Made by a program: the position numbers and the translations under genes. DNA of 40,732 bases, from positions 1-40,732 of the forward strand of contig JAGYLR010000002.1 in NCBI GenBank assembly GCA_018400895.1. Reading direction: 5' to 3'. Position 1 is the stretch's first letter. Each line of letters opens with the position of its first letter. The notes below the pieces were generated by a model, which was not told the origin of the DNA, ran no database searches, and was given only the letters and a program-made list of their open reading frames with translations. The DNA is from a bacterium. GTDB taxonomy: Bacteria > Patescibacteriota > Minisyncoccia > Minisyncoccales > PWPS01. Below are positions 16,495-25,235 of the stretch, one piece after another.

Positions 16495-16812
16495 TTACAT
16501 TTTAATCTCAATGTTCACTCCTGTTGGTAAAGTCAAATTACGAAGTGCATCTAAAACTTTAGGGCTAGGATTAAGAATATCTATTAATCTCTTGTGTATT
16601 CTTATCTCATACTTCTCCTTTGATTTACTGTGTACAAAGGTAGAACGATTGACTGTGTACTTCTTTATTTCCGTAGGAAGCGGTGTTGGCCCTGATATCT
16701 CACTTCCATAACGCAGGGCAGTCTCTATTATTTGTCTAGAGCTAGAGTCTATGACCTTGTGGTCATAGGCACGCAACCTTATACGAATCTTTGACTTTAT
16801 CTCTTTTGGCAT
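16495..16812 (-). CDS. rpsJ: 30S ribosomal protein S10
   Basis: Contains [16 protein letters not shown]. The start overlaps the tuf stop. Confidence 0.93.
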   Translation of the reverse strand: MPKEIKSKIRIRLRAYDHKVIDSSSRQIIETALRYGSEISGPTPLPTEIKKYTVNRSTFVHSKSKEKYEIRIHKRLIDILNPSPKVLDALRNLTLPTGVNIEIKM

Positions 16813-18011
16813 TATTTTATTATCTTAGTCACCACTCCTGCACCAACAGTTCTTCCTCCTTCACGAATAGCAAATCTTTGCTGATCTTCAAGAGCAATAG
16901 GGGCAATAAGTTTTACTTTAAATTTTGCGGTATCTCCAGGCATCACCATTTCTACACCTTCATGAAGCTCAACATCTCCAGTTACATCTGTTGTTCTGAT
17001 GTAAAACTGAGGTTTGTATCCCTTAAAGAAAGGAGTATGACGTCCACCCTCATCTTTACTAAGAATATAAGCTTCTGCTTCAAACTCTGTATGGGGTGTA
17101 ATTGTCCCTGGTTTTGCAAGAACTTGACCTCTTTCAACATCGTCTTTTTTGGTGCCACGAAGTAGAAGTCCAGCATTGTCTCCAGCTTCTCCTTCATTAA
17201 GAGTTTTATTAAACATCTCTATGCTTACTACTGTGGTCTTTGTTGTAGGACGAAGTCCAACAATCTCTACTTCTTCTCCAGATTTAATAACTCCTCTTTC
17301 AATTCTTCCTGTTGATACTGTCCCTCTACCTTCAATTGAAAACACATCTTCAATTGCCATAAGAAAAGGCTTGTCAACATCTCTTTGAGGAGCAGGAATA
17401 TAACTATCTAAAGCATCCATAAGTTCCATTATTGGTTTTACTGCCTCATCATCTTCAGAAGTAGCTTCTAATGCTTTTAATGCAGATCCTTTTATTACAG
17501 GAATTTCATCTCCAGGATAATCATACTTTGTAAGAAGTTCTCTTACTTCTGATTCAACAAGGTCAATCATTTCTGGATCATCTACCATATCAGCTTTATT
17601 AAGAAAAACAACAAGTGAAGGAAGTCCAACCTGACGTGCTAAAAGAATATGTTCACGAGTCTGAGGCATAGGACCATCAGCTGCAGAAACAACTAAAATA
17701 CCACCATCCATCTGTGCTGCTCCAGTAATCATATTTTTTACGTAGTCAGCATGACCTGGGCAGTCAATGTGAGCATAATGACGATTTTGTGTTTCATATT
17801 CACGATGCGAAATTGATATGGTAAGCCCACGAGCTTTTTCTTCAGGAGCAGAATCAATATCCGCTACCGTTGCTTTATTTTTAGCAAAACCTTTCATATG
17901 CAACACATTTACAATAGCTGCTGTAAGAGTGGTTTTACCATGGTCAACGTGACCAACTGTACCTATATTAAGATGAGGTTTCCCTCTTTCAAATTGTTCT
18001 TTTTCTGCCAT
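16812..18011 (-). CDS. tuf: elongation factor Tu
   Basis: 399 aa with [18 protein letters not shown] and NKAD. Confidence 0.97.
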   Translation of the reverse strand: MAEKEQFERGKPHLNIGTVGHVDHGKTTLTAAIVNVLHMKGFAKNKATVADIDSAPEEKARGLTISISHREYETQNRHYAHIDCPGHADYVKNMITGAAQMDGGILVVSAADGPMPQTREHILLARQVGLPSLVVFLNKADMVDDPEMIDLVESEVRELLTKYDYPGDEIPVIKGSALKALEATSEDDEAVKPIMELMDALDSYIPAPQRDVDKPFLMAIEDVFSIEGRGTVSTGRIERGVIKSGEEVEIVGLRPTTKTTVVSIEMFNKTLNEGEAGDNAGLLLRGTKKDDVERGQVLAKPGTITPHTEFEAEAYILSKDEGGRHTPFFKGYKPQFYIRTTDVTGDVELHEGVEMVMPGDTAKFKVKLIAPIALEDQQRFAIREGGRTVGAGVVTKIIK

Positions 18012-18042
18012 ATTTTTAATTTAATTATTTAATACTTTGTAA

Positions 18043-18071
18043 ATATTACACTATTTTTTTATAAATGTAAA
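18043..18071 (-). promoter_or_regulatory. candidate sigma70-type promoter for tuf
   Basis: Minus strand reads TTTACA, 17 nt, TAATAT. The -35 is at 18066-18071 and the -10 at 18043-18048, about 30 nt upstream of the tuf ATG. Confidence 0.45.
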
Positions 18072-18170
18072 GTAAGAAATAAGAGGTAAAAGGTATTGAC
18101 TAATATATTGCCCATTAATAATCTTAGTTTAACCTCTGTCGCCCTAAACCTTTTTTCCTTAATTCATACT

Positions 18171-20291
18171 TTATACTCCTGTGTCCATTATGTCTTGAGC
18201 AATATTGTAAGGAACTTCTTTGTAACTATCAAATTCCATTGTGTAATTTCCCCTTCCTTTTGTTAAAGACCGTAAGGTGGTTACATAACCAAACATATCA
18301 GCAAGAGGAACTTTGGCATGAATTACTTTTTGTGCTCTTTTACCTTTTGTATCTTCGGTACTCTCCACTTCTCCTCTTCTTGAAGATAAATCCCCCATTA
18401 CATCTCCTAAGAACTCTGGTGGAATTATTACTTCTGTTCTCATATAAGGCTCTAACAAAACAGGCTTTGCTTTTTTGTAAGCCTCTTTAAATCCCATTGA
18501 ACCAGCCATCTTAAAGGCCATCTTTGAAGAATCTACTTCGTGAAAAGACCCATCATAAAGCGTGGCTTTAATATTTACTATACTGTATCCTGCAAGAATT
18601 CCTTCATCCATAACCTCTTCTATTCCTTTCTCCACCGCAGGTATAAATTCTTGAGGAATAACTCCCCCTTTTATCTCATCAACAAATTCAAGTCTCTTTT
18701 CTCCTTCTCCTTCAGGGAGTGGCTCTACACGTAATTTGACGTGTCCGTATTGGCCTCTTCCACCACTCTGTTTTATATATTTACTTTCTGCTTCCGCAGA
18801 ACCTTTTATTGTTTCTTTATAAGCTACTTGTGGTTTACCAACTTGAGCATCTATTTTAAACTCACGTTTCATTCTGTCAACAATAATATTAAGGTGTAAT
18901 TCTCCCATTCCAGAAATTATTGTCTCTCCTGTTTCTATATCTCCTTGAACACGAAATGTAGGATCTTCATCAGCCAATCTTCTAAGAGCAAGACCCATCT
19001 TTTCTTGATCTGCCTTAGTTTTAGGCTCAACCCTTATAGCTACTACAGGTTCAGGAAAAGTTATTTCTTCTAGTATAATTGGATGACCCTCTTGGCACAT
19101 AGTATGCCCTGTTGATATATTTTTTAATCCTACAGCAGCCAATATGTCTCCTGTATAAACTTCTTTTACTTCCTCTCTATCATCAGCGTGCATACGCAAT
19201 ATTCTACTTATACGTTCTTTACTACCAGTATTAGCATTTACAAGATATGCTCCCCCAATAAGTTTACCAGAATAAACACGCATATATGTAAGACTTCCTA
19301 CATAGGGGTCATTGGTTAATTTAAATGCTAGTGCTGAAAAAGGTTCATTATCATCTGCTTTTCTGGTTATTATTTCTCCTGTTTTAGGATCATTACCTTC
19401 TACTGGAGGAAGATCTAATGGAGAAGGAAAGTAATAACAAACAGCGTCAAGAATAGGTTGAACTCCCTGATTCTTTAGTGCCGTTCCAGCAAATATAGGA
19501 ACAACTTTATAATTAAGCACTGCCTTGCGCATTAACATTCTAATATCATCTTCTCCTATTTCTTCACCTTCCATGTATTTTTCAAAAAACTTTTCGTCCT
19601 CGGTTATAATCTTTTCAATCATTTTATCTCTCCACTCTTTGGCTATATCTTTTTTATTTTCTGGAATCTCATTTTCAGTAATATTCTCTCCATGGTCACC
19701 CTCAAACTTTAAAAACTTCATTTTTATAAGATCAATAACTCCTTCAAAATTATCTTCTGCTCCAACTGGAAGCTGTACCGGAAGAGCATCAGGAGTAAGT
19801 TTTTCTTTTATTGATTCTAAAGAATCTTCAAAAGAAGCTCCTGTACGATCCATTTTATTTATAAAACAAATTCTTGGTACATGGTATTTATCTGCTTGTC
19901 TCCAAACTGTTTCTGATTGAGGCTCTACTCCCGCTACTCCATCAAATACAACAACTGCAGCATCTAGTACTCTCATTGACCTCTGTACTTCTGCAGTAAA
20001 ATCAATATGTCCAGGAGTATCTATTATATTTATTCTATACTCGTTATCTTTAGTTTTTTCTTTATTTAAAGGAGTCCAAAAACAAGTAGTAGCAGCAGAG
20101 GTTATTGTTATCCCTCTCTCTCTTTCTTGTTCCATCCAATCCATTATTGCTTCACCAGAATGAGTTTCTCCTATTTTATGTGATATTCCAGTATAAAAAA
20201 GGATGCGTTCGGTAACTGTTGTTTTACCGGCATCTATATGTGCGATTATTCCTATATTTCTGTATCTTTCAAGAGGATATTCTCTAGGCAT
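18171..20291 (-). CDS. fusA: elongation factor G
   Basis: 706 aa with [17 protein letters not shown] and NKMD. Confidence 0.97.
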   Translation of the reverse strand: MPREYPLERYRNIGIIAHIDAGKTTVTERILFYTGISHKIGETHSGEAIMDWMEQERERGITITSAATTCFWTPLNKEKTKDNEYRINIIDTPGHIDFTAEVQRSMRVLDAAVVVFDGVAGVEPQSETVWRQADKYHVPRICFINKMDRTGASFEDSLESIKEKLTPDALPVQLPVGAEDNFEGVIDLIKMKFLKFEGDHGENITENEIPENKKDIAKEWRDKMIEKIITEDEKFFEKYMEGEEIGEDDIRMLMRKAVLNYKVVPIFAGTALKNQGVQPILDAVCYYFPSPLDLPPVEGNDPKTGEIITRKADDNEPFSALAFKLTNDPYVGSLTYMRVYSGKLIGGAYLVNANTGSKERISRILRMHADDREEVKEVYTGDILAAVGLKNISTGHTMCQEGHPIILEEITFPEPVVAIRVEPKTKADQEKMGLALRRLADEDPTFRVQGDIETGETIISGMGELHLNIIVDRMKREFKIDAQVGKPQVAYKETIKGSAEAESKYIKQSGGRGQYGHVKLRVEPLPEGEGEKRLEFVDEIKGGVIPQEFIPAVEKGIEEVMDEGILAGYSIVNIKATLYDGSFHEVDSSKMAFKMAGSMGFKEAYKKAKPVLLEPYMRTEVIIPPEFLGDVMGDLSSRRGEVESTEDTKGKRAQKVIHAKVPLADMFGYVTTLRSLTKGRGNYTMEFDSYKEVPYNIAQDIMDTGV

Positions 20292-20293
20292 AT

Positions 20294-20770
20294 TTATTTA
20301 GCAAGATAAGCAAAAGCCTTGTTAGCTTTAGCCATGCGGTGCATGTTATCTTTTTTCTTTATTGCATCTCCTTCATTATTTGATGCATTTAATATCTCTT
20401 CTGATAATCTTTGGTACATGGGACGTCCTTTTTTAGAACGAGCACAATCATTTATCCAACGCATTGTAAGACTAATTGCACGTTTTTTATTAACTTTCAT
20501 AGGAACCTGATAAGTGGCTCCTCCCACTCTTTTAGAACGTACCTCCATTGAAGGAGTAACATTATTGAGTGCTGTCTCAAAGACTTCTAAAGGATCTCTT
20601 TTAGTTTGTTTTTTAATATCTTCAAAAGCAGAATAAACAATTTTTCTAGCCACTGTTTTCTTCCCCTTTTTCATTACATGGTTTATAAACTTTCCAACAA
20701 CAACACTTTCATATAAAGGGTCTGGTAATACTTCTTGAAGTTTGTATTTCTTTTTTGGTTCTTCAGTCAT
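20294..20770 (-). CDS. rpsG: 30S ribosomal protein S7
   Basis: Contains [24 protein letters not shown] and [11 protein letters not shown] prefer the ATG at 20770 (M30 of the track ORF), 1 nt after the rpsL stop. Confidence 0.92.
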   Translation of the reverse strand: MTEEPKKKYKLQEVLPDPLYESVVVGKFINHVMKKGKKTVARKIVYSAFEDIKKQTKRDPLEVFETALNNVTPSMEVRSKRVGGATYQVPMKVNKKRAISLTMRWINDCARSKKGRPMYQRLSEEILNASNNEGDAIKKKDNMHRMAKANKAFAYLAK

Positions 20771-20771
20771 A

Positions 20772-21182
20772 TTATTTTGGTCTCTTTGTTCCATACTTAC
20801 TGCGTGATTTCTTTTTGTTTTCAACTCCAGTTGCATCAAGCGTTCCACGAACAACATGATAACGTACTCCCGGAAGGTCTTTTACTCTCCCTCCACGAAT
20901 AAGAACAACTGAATGCTCTTGTAGTTTATGACCTTCTCCAGGTATATAGGCAGTTGTTTCCATTCCATTAGATAAACGAACTCTAGCTACTTTACGAAGA
21001 GCAGAGTTTGGTTTTTTAGGAGTAACGGTTGTTACTTTTATACAAACACCCCTCTTAAGTGGAGAAGGATATACTGATCTTCTATTTCTTATATTATTAA
21101 AACCATAAGCAAGAGAAGGAGATTTTGTTTTCTTCTCTGTCTTCTTTCTTTTATTTTTTATTAACTGGTTTATTGTAGGCAT
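20772..21182 (-). CDS. rpsL: 30S ribosomal protein S12
   Basis: Starts MPTINQLI and contains [11 protein letters not shown]. Confidence 0.95.
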   Translation of the reverse strand: MPTINQLIKNKRKKTEKKTKSPSLAYGFNNIRNRRSVYPSPLKRGVCIKVTTVTPKKPNSALRKVARVRLSNGMETTAYIPGEGHKLQEHSVVLIRGGRVKDLPGVRYHVVRGTLDATGVENKKKSRSKYGTKRPK

Positions 21183-21193
21183 AAATCAAATAA

Positions 21194-21209
21194 AAAGGCT
21201 CGGGCCTTT
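21194..21209 (-). promoter_or_regulatory. GC hairpin plus T-run in the rpsL 5' leader
   Basis: Minus strand reads aaaggc-ccga-gccttt followed by ttatttgattt and the ATG. It lies between the predicted promoter and the start codon. Confidence 0.35.
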
Positions 21210-21239
21210 AATAAGGGTTCCCCATAAATTGCCCGGTTA

Positions 21240-21268
21240 TTATTACAAGAAAAAAATAAAATGTCAAC
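21240..21268 (-). promoter_or_regulatory. candidate sigma70-type promoter of the rpsL super-operon
   Basis: Minus strand reads TTGACA (21263-21268), 17 nt, TAATAA (21240-21245). Confidence 0.55.
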
Positions 21269-21276
21269 TCCCTGCT

Positions 21277-21883
21277 TTAAAAAGGCATTGGTATGCTTTG
21301 ACCCCCTGTAAAAATAGCATAAACAAATTGAGAAATGTAAGGAAGAAACATTATTGCCAAAAATATAGCAATTAGTGTACCTCCTATAGCATTTCTTGAC
21401 CCATAAGTGGGGAAAAATGCAGAAACAATTTTTGACCCATCAAGCGGAGGAATTGGAATAAGATTAAAAAGTCCCAAAAATATATTTATATAAACTAACC
21501 AAGGAAGAGCAATCGCAAAAAACCCTCCGATACTGAAAAACCTAATAATAAACGATGCTACTAAAGCAATTAAAAAATTAGATACTGGTCCAGCTAGTCC
21601 TACTTTAAGAGAACCATACTTCTGATCTTTAAGATTGTGAGGATTATATGGTACCGGTTTAGCATATCCGATAAATCCTCCTACAAAAATAGTAAAAATA
21701 GTGGTAAGAGAACAGTACCAATAGGGTCCATATGTGCTATTGGATTAAGTGTCAATCTACCCATATTCTTTGCTGTTGGATCTCCTAAGTAGTAAGCAGT
21801 AAAAGCATGTGCATATCATAAAACAGCAGATAATACTATTATCACATACAAAAAAGTTTAAATTCAATTGATACATCTAACAT
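21277..21883 (-). pseudogene. M50 (site-2 protease family) metalloprotease, frameshifted
   Basis: Only the C-terminal 66 aa are in one ORF (NLIPIPPLDGSKI). Upstream peptides HAFTAYYLGDPTAKNMGRLTLNPIAHMDPIGT and GYAKPVPYNPHNLKDQKYGSLKVGLAGPVSNF sit in other frames. The HExxH site reads L-stop-YAHA. Confidence 0.75.
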
Positions 21884-21943
21884 GACGTTTAGTATAACAA
21901 AAATAACCTAAATCAATTCACCACAAAAATCCATTCCACATTC

Positions 21944-21970
21944 CCCATGTCCACCCCGGGTGGACATGGG
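21944..21970. repeat. palindrome cccatgtccaccc-c-gggtggacatggg
   Basis: 13-nt arms are exact reverse complements around one central base. ATGTC...GACAT family. Confidence 0.9.
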
Positions 21971-22058
21971 TATGCCCACACTTTCAGGTGCACAGAGAGG
22001 AAAAATAAAAACACCAAGATTTAATTTCGGTATTAAAAATTGTTGTACTGCCTTGTTT

Positions 22059-22906
22059 ATGATAGAATTAAATTATGGAACTCTTAAAAAACAATCATTG
22101 TTTTGGGATGTAAACTTAAAAGAAATTGACCCGAATAATCACAAAAACTTTATTGCGAGAAGGATTTTGAAAAGAGATTTAAGCGATCTAAACTGGGCTG
22201 TTGGTTTTACGGTTCGGACTTGTTAAAGAGTATTTTTAGAAGAAGCACATAAAATTGATCATAAATCTCAAAATTTCTGGTTTTTGTATTTTAATATTAA
22301 TAAAAAAGAATGTATAAAGAAGCAATCAATAAGAGAACATATCGCGTTTTGGAAAAAATAAAACAATCTGGACTGTCAGACGATTTTATTTAGCCGGTGG
22401 AACAGCATTGGCAATTGAATTTGGCCATCGGGAATCTATTGATTTGGATTTTTCAAAACAAGATTTTCAACAAACAAATTAAAAACGGCTCTCAGAGGTT
22501 GGTGAATTAAAAGTTGTTAACGAAGAATTAGGAACTTTAGATGTTTATTAGATGGAGTGAAGATTAGCTTTTACGATATGAATATATCAGTTATTTTCAC
22601 TTATTAATTTTGGGGGTATAAAATTAGAGACGAAAGAGATATTGCTGGAATGAAAATAGATGCAATTTCCTCAGGGAAGCAAAAAGATTTCATAGACCTG
22701 TACTTTTTCTTAGAAAAATATGAACTAAAAGATTTGTTTAACTCTTTGAAGATAAATATAGAGATATACAGTATAACAAGATTCATATTTTAAAAGTTTA
22801 GTTTATTTTAACATGCAGAGAATGAACCAATGCCAGTAATGATAAAAGATTGACTGGAATGACGCAAAAAGAAGATAGAAAAAGCACACTAGCTTCAACA
22901 AAATAA
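22059..22906 (+). pseudogene. decayed two-gene module: DUF6922-like small protein plus AbiEii-like nucleotidyltransferase (DUF1814)
   Basis: The first gene is recognisable by SLFWDVNLKEIDPNNHKNFIARRILKR, then a frameshift, then SQNFWFLYFNI. The second starts near 22310 with MYKEAINKRTYRVLEKI..FYLAGGTALAIEFGHRESIDLDFF, followed by DIAGMKIDAISSGKQKDFIDLYFFLEKY in other frames with stops. Family names are from memory of the typical motifs. Confidence 0.6.
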
Positions 22907-22952
22907 ATTAAACAAAATTGTTTATGGAAAAGAATTATCAATAATTATTCCC

Positions 22953-22976
22953 CATGTCCACCCCCGGGTGGACATG
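22953..22976. repeat. palindrome catgtccaccc-cc-gggtggacatg
   Basis: 11-nt arms around a CC centre. ATGTC...GACAT family. Confidence 0.9.
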
Positions 22977-22981
22977 ATTCA

Positions 22982-23060
22982 TGTCATTGCGAGCCCCGTA
23001 GGCAACTTGTTGTCCTTCGGGGTGGTTGTGTTTTGTAATTTAGTCTGATTGCTCGCATTT
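22982..23060 (+). repeat. GC-rich nested stem-loop module beginning tgtcattgcgagc
   Basis: Outer inverted repeat tgcgagc (22988-22994) and gctcgca (23051-23057). Inner stem ccccg (22994-22998) and cgggg (23018-23022). The word gtcattgcgagc recurs reverse-complemented at 36787-36798. Confidence 0.7.
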
Positions 23061-23087
23061 CTCTACCGTTTGCCAAATCTTTTGGGG

Positions 23088-23145
23088 TTTCTGGATTCCC
23101 GCTTTCGCGGGAATGACAAGGAGACAAGGAATGACAAGGAGACAA
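23088..23145 (+). repeat. hairpin attcccgctttcgcgggaat followed by 2 perfect tandem 18-mers ggaatgacaaggagacaa
   Basis: Hairpin at 23095-23114. Units at 23110-23127 and 23128-23145. Confidence 0.9.
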
Positions 23146-23178
23146 AAAATGTCAAAGGTGTCACCTTTGACATTTTTT
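23144..23178. terminator. bidirectional terminator-like palindrome
   Basis: The sequence is aaaaa-atgtcaaaggtg-t-cacctttgacat-ttttt. The palindrome spans 23149-23173 and is flanked by A and T runs. Confidence 0.6.
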
Positions 23179-23230
23179 ATATACACAATCAGAGGTTAAA
23201 CCTCCAAATATGAAAATTATTATGTAAAGC

Positions 23231-23258
23231 TTGAAAAAATAATAATTTTTTGTATAAT
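23231..23258 (+). promoter_or_regulatory. candidate promoter for rpmB/tRNA-Pro
   Basis: TTGAAA (23231-23236), 16 nt, TATAAT (23253-23258), 30 nt upstream of the rpmB ATG. Confidence 0.55.
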
Positions 23259-23287
23259 ACTATCTAGAATTTATAATAAACAAAAAT

Positions 23288-23509
23288 ATGCCTAAAAAGT
23301 GTGAAATATGCGGAAAGACCTCAACTATGGCAGTTGTAAGAACAAAACTCCGCGGAAAATATAATCCTACAGATAAAAAAAGAAAGTATCCTAATCTTCA
23401 AACTCTTTTAGTTCCTGAATCAGCTAAAGGCGAAAGATTTAAAAAGTTCAAGGGTAAAAAAGTACTTGCTTGCACTAAGTGCATAAAAACACTTTCTAAA
23501 AATAATTAA
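23288..23509 (+). CDS. rpmB: 50S ribosomal protein L28
   Basis: 73 aa. Starts MPKKCEICGK and contains KKRKYPNLQ, typical of L28. Confidence 0.75.
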   Translation: MPKKCEICGKTSTMAVVRTKLRGKYNPTDKKRKYPNLQTLLVPESAKGERFKKFKGKKVLACTKCIKTLSKNN

Positions 23510-23515
23510 TTAATA

Positions 23516-23587
23516 CAGGGTGTAGTATAACGGCAAGTATTTAGAGCTGGGGGCTCTAAGATCGGGGTTCAATTCCCCGCACCCTGA
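23516..23587 (+). tRNA. tRNA-Pro (anticodon GGG)
   Basis: Cloverleaf folded by hand. Acceptor CAGGGTG/CACCCTG. D stem GTAT/GTAT with two G-U pairs. Anticodon stem TAGAG/CTCTA with loop CTGGGGG. T arm CGGGG-TTCAATT-CCCCG. Discriminator A. CCA is not encoded. Confidence 0.85.
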
Positions 23588-23647
23588 ATTTTTTAAGAAA
23601 AAAACATTTGATATAAATGGTACCCGAGCGACCCGAATTTATTAAAA

Positions 23648-23669
23648 AAGCACTTAAGTTAAAGTGCTT
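23648..23669. terminator. bidirectional intrinsic terminator between tRNA-Pro and ybaB
   Basis: Stem aagcactt / aagtgctt with a 6-nt loop, flanked by an A-run on one side and a T-run on the other. The flanking genes converge on it. Confidence 0.65.
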
Positions 23670-23695
23670 TTTGTTTTTAAGAGATAAAAACTAGA

Positions 23696-23947
23696 TTAAA
23701 ATCCTCCCATTTCTTGCATTTTTTTAGCTGCAGCCATTTGAACATTTTTAAGACAACTATTAAAACAACTCTTTAAAACTCTTTCTAACTTTTCTTTATC
23801 CATATCTTCAGTTATTTTTATTTCCTCAACCTCCATCTTACCGTTCATAATTACTGTTACCCCATCTTCTGTTGATTCTAATCTTTCTTTTGAGAGATCT
23901 TTTTGCATCTCTCTAATTTTATTCATTTGTTTTATGTTATCAAACAT
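23696..23947 (-). CDS. ybaB: YbaB/EbfC family nucleoid-associated protein
   Basis: 83 aa. Contains QMNKIREMQKDL and an MNGKMEVEEIKI pattern, with a helical C-terminus, typical of the family. Shorter than the usual length of about 100 aa. Confidence 0.7.
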   Translation of the reverse strand: MFDNIKQMNKIREMQKDLSKERLESTEDGVTVIMNGKMEVEEIKITEDMDKEKLERVLKSCFNSCLKNVQMAAAKKMQEMGGF

Positions 23948-23975
23948 TTTAATTAATTTAATTTATTAATTTTAT

Positions 23976-23998
23976 GAAAAAAGCGTCATCCGACGCTT
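23976..23998 (-). terminator. intrinsic terminator ending the candidate RNA, 30 nt before the ybaB ATG
   Basis: Minus strand reads aagcgtc-ggat-gacgctt followed by tttttc. Confidence 0.7.
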
Positions 23999-24146
23999 CT
24001 TTCATGTCCCGCCGTAGCAGTTGCTCCTTTAGATAAATCTGAGAATGAAATTAAGTGGGTGTTCGCAGTCCCTACCCACGGGCAAGGAATCATGTAGAAC
24101 TCCCTATAATAAGGTATATCAGATTTCATGTCTGCCATGGCGAGAC
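23976..24146 (-). ncRNA. candidate structured RNA (sRNA or cis-leader of ybaB), class unknown
   Basis: Own promoter at 24153-24180 and intrinsic terminator at 23981-23998. GC-rich in an AT-rich genome. Long-range helices found by hand: gtctcgcc/ggcgggac, tggcag/ctgcta, aaatctga/tcagattt. Local hairpin gtgggt..acccac. The overlapping ORF 23986..24180 has no protein-like features. Confidence 0.4.
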
Positions 24147-24152
24147 ATTTTA

Positions 24153-24180
24153 AGTATATCAGAGAAAAAAACAGTTTCAA
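24153..24180 (-). promoter_or_regulatory. candidate promoter of the structured RNA
   Basis: Minus strand reads TTGAAA (24175-24180), 16 nt, TATACT (24153-24158). The -35 overlaps the stop codon of the upstream kinase gene. Confidence 0.45.
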
Positions 24181-25235
24181 GCCCTTAGAACATCGGCTAA
24201 CTGTTTTATAAAAGATACTACAACAGGAGGGGCGAGTAAACTATAAGAATCAACTCCAAATTTATCCTGTATTATCCAAGGTTTTTCAGTAACATTTACT
24301 TTTTCTCCATCAAAATCATAAACATACTCTGGTGTTATTTCATAGTCATCAACATACTCCTCTGCTTTATCAACAGGAATAGAATTACGTAACAGTATTT
24401 TTGGTATTCCATAAAGCGAAAAAGCTTGTTTTATTATTTTATCATCCATATCTAATCTTTTTCTTATCGGCTCTATTCCCTTCTCATCTCCTTCTTTTCT
24501 CACCATTCTCACACCATTACACTCTTTGTTATCACAAACAAGATAAAATTCTCCATTTTCATATTCTACTTTTGATGTAGGAAACAGTTTAAGATTTCTT
24601 GATGTATTACAAATAGGACAAATTTTTCTCCATTTTATTCTTTCATCAATGACCATTTCTGGTACATCAATAAGAACCATAAAGTCATCATCATCACGGT
24701 AACCAATAAGATCTCTAAAGAAAAGTGAATAGGAAATCTGGTCCATGTCCCTAGGAAATCCATCTATAAATATTACCTTTCTTCCTCTTTTTGCTATTTC
24801 TCTTTTAACTAAGGTAAGTACCATATCGGTAGGAAGTAACTTTTCTGTACTTCTTCCTTCAAGTATATCCATTAATTCTTCTACAGAGTTCCATCCTCTA
24901 TAATTGTTTTCTAAAAATTTTACTAACTCTTCTCTTTTTGTTTTATCTTTTAATTCAGAGTCCAATGATCTAACCATGTCTCCTATTGAAAAATGGTCTA
25001 TACGGTCTTTATCTATTACCTCAGAAAACATTTTAGAGTAAGTTCCTTTACCAGTACTCTTTTTACCAAGAAGATAAACTATAAAAGCATGCTTTTTAAG
25101 ATGTTCTTTTATTCTTTTAATTTCGCTACCTGCTTTAAATTCAAAATATTCCTCTCTATCTTTAGGATTAGAAAGGTCGTAGCGTTTATTTCCTTCTTTC
25201 TTTGTTTTGAATATGGGGAATTCTATTTCTGTCAT
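24177..25235 (-). CDS. adenylate-kinase-family NMP kinase with N- and C-terminal extensions and a Cys4 lid
   Basis: 352 aa. P-loop GKKSTGKGT and IDGFPRDMDQ. Lid reads RKICPICN..(22 aa)..CDNKEC, followed by RKRLDMDD. Confidence 0.7.
   Translation of the reverse strand: MTEIEFPIFKTKKEGNKRYDLSNPKDREEYFEFKAGSEIKRIKEHLKKHAFIVYLLGKKSTGKGTYSKMFSEVIDKDRIDHFSIGDMVRSLDSELKDKTKREELVKFLENNYRGWNSVEELMDILEGRSTEKLLPTDMVLTLVKREIAKRGRKVIFIDGFPRDMDQISYSLFFRDLIGYRDDDDFMVLIDVPEMVIDERIKWRKICPICNTSRNLKLFPTSKVEYENGEFYLVCDNKECNGVRMVRKEGDEKGIEPIRKRLDMDDKIIKQAFSLYGIPKILLRNSIPVDKAEEYVDDYEITPEYVYDFDGEKVNVTEKPWIIQDKFGVDSYSLLAPPVVVSFIKQLADVLRA

Noticed and set aside
1473-20510. Numerous plus-strand ORFs of 60-130 aa in the track (e.g. 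1473..1667, 3536..3931, 8570..8860, 8932..9288, 11896..12282, 13101..13505, 13642..13965, 17149..17388, 19525..19920, 20319..20510)
   Set aside because: Each lies entirely antisense to a well-supported minus-strand gene. They have low-complexity F/L/S-rich translations typical of shadow frames in AT-rich DNA. None has a recognisable motif.
22604-22786. ORF 22604..22786 (-) and the first about 33 codons of ORF 21960..22226 (+)
   Set aside because: The first is antisense to the AbiEii-like remnant. The second starts inside the palindrome at 21944-21970, and the recognisable domain begins at the ATG at 22059.
23976-24176. Calling the structured region an SRP (4.5S) RNA on the basis of its position upstream of ybaB
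   Set aside because: I could not find the conserved domain-IV pattern (GGUCAGG..GNRA..AGCAGCC-like symmetric and asymmetric loops) on either strand. It is kept only as an unclassified candidate RNA.
23986-24180. 64-aa ORF MKLFFSLIYLKCLAMADMKSD..
   Set aside because: It overlaps the predicted promoter, a palindrome and the terminator. Its composition is driven by GC-rich helices. It has no motif and starts inside the stop-codon region of the upstream gene.
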